In this document: piece after piece, positions 56,173-64,000 of the stretch | Layout: the number at the start of each line of letters is the position of its first letter | Position numbering within the stretch: position 1 is the stretch's first letter | From: an uncultured Desulfosarcina sp. | Lineage (GTDB): Bacteria; Desulfobacterota; Desulfobacteria; Desulfobacterales; Desulfosarcinaceae | NCBI GenBank assembly: GCA_963674945.2 | Contig: CAXXWQ010000001.1 | Location: 1 to 64,000, forward strand | DNA: 64,000 nucleotides | Direction of reading: 5' to 3' | Notes under the pieces: model-generated | The model's database searches: none | What the model saw: the letters and a program-made list of their open reading frames with translations, nothing else | Told to the model about the DNA's origin: nothing | Position numbers and translations under genes: made by a program

Positions 56173-57744
56173 ATGGGGTTTCGAGGCATAAAAAGTCGGG
56201 TGTACCTTCAATTCTGGGTGCTGTTTTCCCTGTCCATGCTTTTCATCGACGTTATCATCGTCTTTTTTCTCCTCGATCGTGCGATTTCCCGCCATAGCGA
56301 GCAAAAACAGCATCTCCTGGCATCTGTTTGCAAGCGATACGACCAATGGGAGACCATAAACAAATCTTCCGATAATCTGGTTGCCGATTCGATTTTTCCG
56401 GCAGGCGATCGCTTTTTGTATTTCACGGCGACGGCGTTTCGATCGAATCCTGCATTTTTTTCCCAGTCGCCGGATCGCCTGAAGCGCGCCGTTTATCGTA
56501 CCTTTTCATCGAAAAAAGCGGTTGTCCAGCGGACGGAAAAAAGCTTCGGGATCCTTTTGTTCCAGCATCGAACCGTGATTCTTACCGTTCCCGTATTCGA
56601 AAAGGGGAATGTCGTCGGTGCGGGAGGGGTGGAGAGCGATCTGACCCCCGTATATGCAGACTTTCAAAGAATTCAGAAAATCGCCTGTTTCTGTATTTTT
56701 CTGAACGGTATTCTGTTCGCCATGTTCGGTAATCGTCAATTGTCGAAAATCTTTTTTATGCCATTGAAACGATTGGCCAAACGGGCTGAAACGTATAAGG
56801 ACGACGACGACATCTTTTTCGCCGTAAGAAAAGAGGACAATGAATTTTCCGTTCTTTCCATGTCTCTCAATAACATGGTTCACCGGATCGCCCACGACAA
56901 GCGCGTTCTCGAAGATACCATCGATTCCCTAAAGACCACCAATCTTGAATTGCATAAGGCGCAACGGGATGTCATCCGTGCGGAGAAGCTGGCCACGGTG
57001 GGGCGTCTCACCTCCGGCATCGCCCATGAAATTGGAAACCCCATTGGAATCGTCCTCGGTTATCTGGACCTGTTGAAACAATCCGATTTGAACGAATCCG
57101 AGCGGAAGGATTTCATCGAGCGCTCCGAAGGGGAAATCAATCGGATCAATCGGATCATTCGACAGCTACTGGATATGTCCCGTTCGTCATCCGGAGAAAT
57201 GCGAGCGGTTTCCGTTCATGGGGTGCTCACGGATTTGATTTCGGTTTTTCATTACCAACCCGTGGCCGCCGAAATCGAATTCAAAACCCGATTGGCAGCT
57301 TCCGACGACGTCGTATTCTCCGATCCGGATCAGCTACGGCAGGTATTTTTAAATATTCTTCTCAATGCCATCGACGCTGTCAACACCGATTCGGATAAAT
57401 CGTCCAGGATCATCCTGACGAGTCAATGTGTCCCAGATAATACAGGCGATCTTTCCGGCAACGAACGTACGCGTTTCCTACAGATAAACATTCTGGACAA
57501 CGGTCCCGGAATCGAATCCGGACAGCTGGAACATGTGTTTGATCCGTTTTATACCACGAAGGAACCAGGCAAGGGAACCGGCCTGGGGCTCAGCGTCGCA
57601 TTCATGATTGTCCAGAAGATCGGCGGTCAGCTCCTCGTCCGAAACGGCAATGATTCGGGGGCGATTTTCCAGGTGTTGCTTCCGCTTGCCAAGCCGGATG
57701 AACGAAAGAATGAAGCATGTAGCAAAGAGATAGGCGAGTGGTAA
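56173..57744 (+). CDS. Membrane sensor histidine kinase (HAMP, HisKA, HATPase)
   Basis: AEKLATVGRLTSGIAHEIGNP, NILLNA, DNGPGI, FDPFYTTK, GTGLGLS. Confidence 0.94.
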   Translation: MGFRGIKSRVYLQFWVLFSLSMLFIDVIIVFFLLDRAISRHSEQKQHLLASVCKRYDQWETINKSSDNLVADSIFPAGDRFLYFTATAFRSNPAFFSQSPDRLKRAVYRTFSSKKAVVQRTEKSFGILLFQHRTVILTVPVFEKGNVVGAGGVESDLTPVYADFQRIQKIACFCIFLNGILFAMFGNRQLSKIFFMPLKRLAKRAETYKDDDDIFFAVRKEDNEFSVLSMSLNNMVHRIAHDKRVLEDTIDSLKTTNLELHKAQRDVIRAEKLATVGRLTSGIAHEIGNPIGIVLGYLDLLKQSDLNESERKDFIERSEGEINRINRIIRQLLDMSRSSSGEMRAVSVHGVLTDLISVFHYQPVAAEIEFKTRLAASDDVVFSDPDQLRQVFLNILLNAIDAVNTDSDKSSRIILTSQCVPDNTGDLSGNERTRFLQINILDNGPGIESGQLEHVFDPFYTTKEPGKGTGLGLSVAFMIVQKIGGQLLVRNGNDSGAIFQVLLPLAKPDERKNEACSKEIGEW

Positions 57745-59129
57745 TGGAAGAGCGAAAAAACAAGAAAAATGTATTAATCATCGATGATGAAGAGAATATG
57801 CGTCACATGCTCAAGAGCATGCTCGTTCGCCATGGCTACGACGTAACAACGGCCAGAGATGGTGAACAAGGACTCGAGAAACTTTCCAGCCGGTCCTTCG
57901 ATTTCATCCTGTGCGATGTGAAAATGCCGAAGATGAACGGAATGGAATTCCTGCAGGCCGGTCGGGATACGATTCGAAATTCCACCGTGATCATGATGAG
58001 TGCCTATGGAAGTATCGACATGGCCATCGAGGCGATGAAGCTGGGAGCCTATGATTTTATTTCCAAGCCATTTAAGGGAGAAGAGATCCGGCTGACCATA
58101 AAAAAGGCGGAGGAACGGGAGCGTCTCAAAGAGGAGAATATCAAACTCAAGGATCAACTGAGACGGCTCGGGGGAAGCCTCTCCTTCGGAACCATGGTGG
58201 GAAGAAGTACGGCCATGCAGTCGGTGTTTACTACGGCGGTAAAAGTTGCACGATTCGACTCCACGGTACTGATTACCGGAGAAAGCGGTACGGGAAAGGA
58301 GCTTGTGGCCCAGGGCATTCATCGGGAGAGTGAGCGATGCAAGGGACCGATGGTTCCGGTCAATTGCGCTTCCATTCCGGAAAGTCTTATGGAAAGTGAG
58401 TTGTTCGGCCATGTCAAAGGAGCTTTCACCGGGGCCGATAAGGAAAAAAGGGGGTTGTTTGAGACGGCACAGACAGGGACGTTGTTCCTTGACGAGATCG
58501 GAGAGATTCCGGTCTCCCTGCAACCCAAACTGCTCCGGGTACTTCAGGAGAGTGAAATCCGGCCGGTTGGCGGTGCAACTGCGAGATCCATCGATGTCCG
58601 GGTCATCGCGGCCACATCCAGGGACCTGAAATCGGAAATCGCCCAAGGGCGGTTTCGAGAGGATTTGTACTATCGGTTGAACGTGGTGCCCATCGAGTTG
58701 CCCCCTTTGCGGGATCGGACCGAGGATATCCCCTTGCTCTGTCAATTTTTCATCAACCGGTTCAACGAAACTCTGGGAAGCCGAATCAGAAACATTTCAA
58801 ACGCCGCCATGGCATCACTCATGGCGCATCATTGGCACGGCAACGTCAGGGAACTGGAGAATACGATCGAACGGGCCATCGTCCTTTCGGAAGGATCTAC
58901 CCTGGACGTTGATAACTTCTCATTTGAGGGTGGGGCACGTTCGGGTGTGCAGGAGAAGAACTTCCCATACGACGGATTTTCACTGAAATCCGCCAAAGCG
59001 GATCTGGAAGATCAGATGATCCGAAAAGCCCTTGCCGAAACGAATGGTAACCGCACCCATGCAGCGAAGATGTTGGAAATCAGCCATCCTTCTTTGCTGA
59101 GCAAGATGAAGCTGTATGGCATTGAATGA
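57744..59129 (+). CDS. Sigma54-dependent response regulator (NtrC/AtoC/PilR family)
   Basis: IIDDE, CDVKMP, GESGTGKE, GAFTGA, FREDLYYRL, HTH; TAATG overlap with the kinase. Confidence 0.96.
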   Translation: MEERKNKKNVLIIDDEENMRHMLKSMLVRHGYDVTTARDGEQGLEKLSSRSFDFILCDVKMPKMNGMEFLQAGRDTIRNSTVIMMSAYGSIDMAIEAMKLGAYDFISKPFKGEEIRLTIKKAEERERLKEENIKLKDQLRRLGGSLSFGTMVGRSTAMQSVFTTAVKVARFDSTVLITGESGTGKELVAQGIHRESERCKGPMVPVNCASIPESLMESELFGHVKGAFTGADKEKRGLFETAQTGTLFLDEIGEIPVSLQPKLLRVLQESEIRPVGGATARSIDVRVIAATSRDLKSEIAQGRFREDLYYRLNVVPIELPPLRDRTEDIPLLCQFFINRFNETLGSRIRNISNAAMASLMAHHWHGNVRELENTIERAIVLSEGSTLDVDNFSFEGGARSGVQEKNFPYDGFSLKSAKADLEDQMIRKALAETNGNRTHAAKMLEISHPSLLSKMKLYGIE

Positions 59130-59193
59130 CAAAGGGGGGAGAGGGGTCGAGGATTCAAGCGGCCGAGGGTAGGCCTTTCAAATGCATGATACC

Positions 59194-59578
59194 GCAGGAG
59201 CCAGAAGCCAGAATGAATTTGATGTCGCTTCACTCCATTATTGAAAAAGAAATCCCAATAAACAAATTCCAAATCACAAAGAAGTCCCAATAAACAATTT
59301 TTCAAATTCTAAACGACTCAACCGGAAAAAAAGAAATATTCGCATCGATGTTTTTTAATCGTTTGTTGTTTGATCATTGGAATTTGAAGCTTGTTTGTTA
59401 TTTGGTGCTTGTGATTTGGGATTTCTTCTTAATGAATGGATTGAGCCGAAGGCGAATGCCTTCTTCTGGATTCTCGTATGAAACTACGCCAAAATGGCAT
59501 TGTTTCCGTTGTCGTTCAAACCGGCCAAAGGTCGGCGGCGGCGCTGAATTCTGACTCCTGGATTCTTGTAACAATCAC
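59194..59578 (+). repeat. Heptamer-periodic element copy B, containing a nested inverted-repeat insert (59247-59427)
   Basis: Shares left arm, GAGCCGAAGGCGAAT, TCGTATGAAACTACGCCAAAATGGCAT module and right arm with 8785-8995. Confidence 0.9.
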
Positions 59579-59643
59579 ACGGCAGGGCCCATGAACTTTG
59601 ATCTGGTTCAGATGACCAGGTTTTCTACATTTCGATGAAATGC

Positions 59644-60267
59644 TTACCGCTTGGCCTGATCGAACAGGCGTTCGATGTTCAGGCGATTGATCGCATCGGT
59701 GAAGATTTCGCCGATTACTTCTTCCGCCCCCGCGGTTCCCATTATTTTTACCTGCTGGGCACTTGCGGAAACCGATTCCCGGGAGATCGTCCGTTCCCCT
59801 TCGATCAACTTCGCTTCAAATGCCACGTCGGCCATCCATTTTTGCCCTACCAGGTTGATGCGAAACTGATTGATATCGATACGCAGCACCAAAACCTCGG
59901 AAGAAGGCTCCGCGGCCACTTTCACGTCCAGCTGCTGCAACCGTTTTTTCATGACCGTTTCGAAAAGCGCGGGTACCGGGTAGGCGCCCAATAGGATCTT
60001 CTGGTCTTCTTGTGATGCCAGGGAGAGGGCAAACAGTCCGGTGAAGTTTTCGAACTTTTCCTTTGCGCGCTCGTTGAAGATTTGTGTGTCACCGCGGAGA
60101 TCTTGGCTTTTCACATACACCGTTCTGCCGGGCAAGGTACCGGCGGTGGGTGGCAGACGATAGTCGATGTCGATATAGGGCTTCTTTGCGCATGCCAGCA
60201 AAGCGCCCAACACTATCATCGCCAGCACGACGCTTATAATTCTTCTCGCTCTCTTTTTCGGATTCAT
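59644..60267 (-). CDS. Putative lipoprotein of unknown function
   Basis: Basic N-terminus, hydrophobic core, LLAC lipobox; AGGAG RBS. Confidence 0.8.
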   Translation of the reverse strand: MNPKKRARRIISVVLAMIVLGALLACAKKPYIDIDYRLPPTAGTLPGRTVYVKSQDLRGDTQIFNERAKEKFENFTGLFALSLASQEDQKILLGAYPVPALFETVMKKRLQQLDVKVAAEPSSEVLVLRIDINQFRINLVGQKWMADVAFEAKLIEGERTISRESVSASAQQVKIMGTAGAEEVIGEIFTDAINRLNIERLFDQAKR

Positions 60268-60554
60268 GTTTCTCCTTCGATAAACACGGCGTTGACAGGT
60301 AAAATCACTTTCGATGCGTACATTACATGGCGTCGTTTGTCAATGCGGTAGAAGCCGACATCCACGTCGATCAAAACCCCTTGCCATAATGAAAGGTTCC
60401 GTGGTATTTCAATAAGATCCATGCGAAAATGATAGCTGATGACTCCCCTCGATGGAAGCCGATCGCTGCCAATGAATTGCTCCGCCAATGGATTGTTCAG
60501 ATGGACCGGTCGCAGGTTTTCCTTTCCCATTAACCAACCGCTAAAAAGAGGAGG

Positions 60555-61577
60555 GTGAACGAGATGAAGCTTTTCAGATTGGGTTTGGCAATGTTTTTGG
60601 TCATGGCAATGGCTGGCTTGTCACTTGCGGCAACACTCGACGATGTTAAGGCGAAGGGGTATATCTCTGTAGGCGTCAACGAAGGGCTGTTCGGTTTCTC
60701 CAAGCCTGATGAGAAAGGGGTTTGGCGTGGTCTGGATGTCGACACGGCGCGGGCGATATCCGTTGCCGTGTTCGGGTCTCCAGAAAAGATCAAGTGGGTG
60801 CCGTTGACCGCCAAGACGCGGTTTACCGCCCTGCAATCCGGAGAGATCGATGTGTTGACCCGCAACGCGACGCAAACGCTCTCCCGAGAGACCGCCCTGG
60901 GCCTGAATTTCGTACATGTCAACTACTATGACGGGCAGGGTTTTCTGATTCCCAAGAAATTGGGGGTCAAAAGCGCCAAGGAACTGGACGGTGCGACGGT
61001 ATGCGTGCTACCCGGAACGACGACGGAACTCAATGTCGCCGATTATTTTCGCGCCAACGGCATGACAATGAAACCGGTGGTCATCGAAAGTACTCCGGAA
61101 CTGGCCAAGGCTTTCTTCGCCGGTCGGTGCGACTGCTTGACCTCCGACGCCTCCCAGTTGGCCGGGACCCGTGCGATTGCTCCCAATCCTGACGACTACA
61201 TGATTCTGCCCGAAATCATTTCCCGTGAACCGTTGGCACCGGCGGTCCGCCACGGCGATGATCAATGGTACGATATCGTCAATTTCGCCACCATGGCCAT
61301 GGTGGAAGCCGAGTTCTTGGGCATCGATTCGAAGAACGTGGATAAGATGCTCAAGAGCACCGATCCGCAGATTCAGCGCTTTTTAGGCGTCAGCCCCGGT
61401 AACGGGAAAGCGCTGGGTCTGGACGAAAAATGGGCTTACAACATCGTCAAGATGGTGGGCAACTATGGCGAGGTGTTCGAACGCAATGTGGGCATGAGCA
61501 CCCCGCTGAAAATCGAACGCGGCTTGAACGCCCTGTGGACGAACGGGGGGTTGATGTATACCCCGCCGTTCAAGTAG
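60555..61577 (+). CDS. aapJ: General L-amino acid ABC transporter substrate-binding protein (AapJ/BztA type)
   Basis: RFTALQSGEIDVLTRNAT, NYYDGQGF, TSDASQL, PEIISREPL, VGNYGEVFERNVG, RGLNALW. Confidence 0.93.
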   Translation: MNEMKLFRLGLAMFLVMAMAGLSLAATLDDVKAKGYISVGVNEGLFGFSKPDEKGVWRGLDVDTARAISVAVFGSPEKIKWVPLTAKTRFTALQSGEIDVLTRNATQTLSRETALGLNFVHVNYYDGQGFLIPKKLGVKSAKELDGATVCVLPGTTTELNVADYFRANGMTMKPVVIESTPELAKAFFAGRCDCLTSDASQLAGTRAIAPNPDDYMILPEIISREPLAPAVRHGDDQWYDIVNFATMAMVEAEFLGIDSKNVDKMLKSTDPQIQRFLGVSPGNGKALGLDEKWAYNIVKMVGNYGEVFERNVGMSTPLKIERGLNALWTNGGLMYTPPFK

Positions 61578-61747
61578 AACCCATCTCAAAAGGTCTTCCA
61601 ACCCAATATCGGTGTTGGATCCACGTTTCAAATCCTCAACATATTCAATATATGCACCCCAAGGGCATTTCCTTCGGGGCACCTGTGGTTTGAAACGCGG
61701 ATCCGCCTTGATCTTGAACCGGAATCCGATTTTTGAGATAGCTTCTA
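61575..61747 (+). repeat. Palindromic intergenic element, core family member 3
   Basis: Terminal inverted repeat TAGAACCCATCTCAAAA / TTTTGAGATAGCTTCTA; inner stem GATCCACGTTTCAAA / TTTGAAACGCGGATC. Confidence 0.88.
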
Positions 61748-61939
61748 TAACCGTCGCCCCAAGCATCCATCCGTAATCCCCCGGGCCATCGCCGTGTCAT
61801 ACGGCATTCGGCGACGGCCCGGACCGATACACCCATTCCTGTAAAGAGCACGGCTGCGCCGACCGATGCATACGGGCAGGGTTTTTTCGTTGTATTCAAG
61901 CCACCCGCTTTGCGGGTGGTCGTCGATTGGAAACCTGTC

Positions 61940-63136
61940 ATGCCGCCATCCAAACTGGATTCACCGCCTTCGTCCGGAACGAACGACACCTCTTTCTGGT
62001 ACGATCCCCGCAAGCGATCCATTATTTATCAGATCGGAACGTTATGCATGGTGGCCCTTCTCGGCTACTACCTGATTTCCAATACCCTCTCCAATTTGGA
62101 GCGCCAGTCGATCGCCACCGGATTCGGATTCCTGCAGAAGGAATCCTCCTTTGAGATCGGTGAGCACCTGATCTCCTACTCGGCTGCCGATTCCTATGCG
62201 CGCGCATTGGTGGTGGGCACACTGAATACCCTGCTGGTTTCCTTCGTCGGCATTATTCTCACGGTGATTCTGGGCACCCTGATCGGCGTCGCACGACTGT
62301 CCGGCAACTGGCTGATCTCCAAAATGGCGGCCATCTACATCGAGGTGTTTCAAGACATTCCGGTACTGCTGCAGCTGTTTTTCTGGTACGCCTTTTTCTA
62401 TGAAATGCTGCCGTCGCCGCGTCAGGCCCTCAAACCTTTCAGTGGTGTTTTTATCTGTAATCGCGGGTTGATCATGGCCGTTCCAAAGGCCCATGCCGCC
62501 TACGCGTACATGGCGGTTGCCTTCGCCGCTGCGGTGGTGATGGTGTTGCTGGTGCGTCGATGGGCCAGGAATCGCCAGGCCCGCACGGGCAGGATCTTTC
62601 CCGTCATCAGGGTCTCCATGGCCCTGCTGCTGGGATTGCCACTGGTTACCTGGTGGTTGGCCGGCGCTCCCACGCAGATGAGCATTCCGGTTCTCAAGGG
62701 GTTCAATTTTAAAGGCGGACTGGTGATCAGTCCGGAGTTCAGCGCACTTCTATTGGGCCTTGTCCTCTATACCGCCGCGTTTGTCGCCGAAGTGGTCCGC
62801 GCGGGCATTCAGTCGGTTTCCAAGGGGCAGACAGAGGCGGCGATGGCCATTGGTCTCAGGCCGGGACAGATTCTCAACCTGGTGATCCTTCCCCAGGCCT
62901 TGCGGGTGATCATTCCTCCCCTCACGAGCCAGATGCTCAACCTGACGAAAAACAGCAGCCTGGCCGTTGCCATCGGTTATCCGGACTTCGTATCCGTGGC
63001 GGGGACAACGATCAACCAGACCGGGCAGGCCATAGAAGGAGTCGCTTTGATCATGGGGGTCTATCTCATTTTCAGCCTCTTTACGTCGGCCTTCATGAAC
63101 TGGTACAATAAAAAAATGCGTATCGTTGAAAGATAA
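61940..63136 (+). CDS. aapQ: Amino acid ABC transporter permease (AapQ/BztB type)
   Basis: GFGFL, GTLNTLLVS, GVARLSGNW, PEFSALL, AEVVRAGIQSVSKGQTEAA, KNSSLAVAIGYPD. Confidence 0.92.
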   Translation: MPPSKLDSPPSSGTNDTSFWYDPRKRSIIYQIGTLCMVALLGYYLISNTLSNLERQSIATGFGFLQKESSFEIGEHLISYSAADSYARALVVGTLNTLLVSFVGIILTVILGTLIGVARLSGNWLISKMAAIYIEVFQDIPVLLQLFFWYAFFYEMLPSPRQALKPFSGVFICNRGLIMAVPKAHAAYAYMAVAFAAAVVMVLLVRRWARNRQARTGRIFPVIRVSMALLLGLPLVTWWLAGAPTQMSIPVLKGFNFKGGLVISPEFSALLLGLVLYTAAFVAEVVRAGIQSVSKGQTEAAMAIGLRPGQILNLVILPQALRVIIPPLTSQMLNLTKNSSLAVAIGYPDFVSVAGTTINQTGQAIEGVALIMGVYLIFSLFTSAFMNWYNKKMRIVER

Positions 63137-63143
63137 ATCCTGC

Positions 63144-64000
63144 ATGAATCAAAATGAGACAACGGCGATCGGGGCGCATTCGACCATCAAACCGCCAGCC
63201 AGCAGTGTCGGGGTCCTTGGCTGGATCCGGGCCAACCTGTTCAGCACCTGGTACAATGCAGTGCTGACCCTGCTGGCATTGTTGATTCTCGTCAAGACCG
63301 TACCGCCGCTCATCAGCTGGGTGTTTATCGACAGTTCATGGACAGCCACCAGCCAGGAGTGCCGATCCATTGATGGTGCCTGCTGGTCGATCATTCCCAA
63401 AAATCTGCGGTTCATGGCCTTCGGATTTTATCCCTACGAAGAACAATGGCGGCCGGCGATCGTCATCGCCCTTCTGGTCGGGCTTCTTCTGGTCAGTCAA
63501 TACCGGAGATTCTGGAAAAAAGCATTGGCTTACTGCTGGATCATCGGGCTGATAACCATGGGGGTGTTGTTACGGGGCGGAATTCTGGGATTGCAGCCGG
63601 TGGAGAGCAGCCAGTGGGGAGGCCTGTTGCTGACGTTGCTGCTGTCTGTTTTCGGCCTGACCGCCGCGTACCCCCTGGGTGTCGTCCTTGCGCTGGGGCG
63701 GCAGTCGAACATGCCGGCCATCCGGTACCTCTGCATCATCTATATCGAGCTGATTCGGGGTGTCCCGTTGATCAGTCTTTTGTTTATGAGCTCGGTCGTG
63801 TTTCCCCTGTTCCTTCCGGAAGGCGTGACCATCAACAACATCCTGAGGGCCCAGGCGGCGATCATCCTGTTCACCGCCGCATATATCGCCGAAGTGGTTC
63901 GTGGTGGATTGCAGGGAATGAACAAGGGGCAATACGAAGCGGCAGACTCCTTGGGCCTTACCTATTATCAGACCATGCGGCTGATCATTTTGCCGCAGGC
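63144..64000 (+). CDS. aapM: Amino acid ABC transporter permease (AapM/BztC type); runs off the right edge
   Basis: Manual translation: MNQNETT...WIRANLFSTWYN...GACW...YPYEEQWRP...WGGLLLTL...LALGRQS...YIELIRGVPLIS...AEVVRGGLQ...GQYEAA. Confidence 0.9.
   Translation, partial: MNQNETTAIGAHSTIKPPASSVGVLGWIRANLFSTWYNAVLTLLALLILVKTVPPLISWVFIDSSWTATSQECRSIDGACWSIIPKNLRFMAFGFYPYEEQWRPAIVIALLVGLLLVSQYRRFWKKALAYCWIIGLITMGVLLRGGILGLQPVESSQWGGLLLTLLLSVFGLTAAYPLGVVLALGRQSNMPAIRYLCIIYIELIRGVPLISLLFMSSVVFPLFLPEGVTINNILRAQAAIILFTAAYIAEVVRGGLQGMNKGQYEAADSLGLTYYQTMRLIILPQ

Noticed and set aside
59348..59554. 68-aa ORF containing SYETTPKWH
   Set aside because: It is a translation of the repeat element; the same DNA module occurs at 8885-8958.

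Overview
GC-rich chromosomal window from a sulfate-reducing deltaproteobacterium. The 16S gene carries ATGGGAGAGGGAAGTGGA (44334-44351), which matches the DSS658 probe target as I recall it, pointing to the Desulfosarcina/Desulfococcus group. Left part: a methylmalonyl-CoA pathway operon (tetR-scpA-meaB-carboxyltransferase-small subunit-pyruvate carboxyltransferase), queA-tgt-nifU, and a Cache sensor kinase plus sigma54 regulator upstream of a satP-prpE propionate unit. Next come SET and HIT genes and a small accessory block beside tRNA-Pro (RHH gene pair, SWIM-SNF2 helicase, Phd/VapC toxin-antitoxin pair). Middle: ldcA-like and serine hydrolase genes, mreBCD-mrdA-rodA, bactofilin, atpF'FHAGDC, zapB-zapA-6S RNA-rny-tyrS, then two tandem rRNA operons that look identical but have different promoters. 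Right: AAA+/DUF4143 ATPase, a second kinase/sigma54 regulator pair, a lipoprotein and an Aap/Bzt-type amino-acid ABC transporter. The most notable non-gene signal is a set of intergenic structured repeats: (i) a family of 125-175 bp palindromic elements with conserved core motifs but fully covarying stems, sitting at stop codons in sense orientation, and (ii) nested heptamer-periodic inverted-repeat elements. All calls are by eye; no database searches were run.
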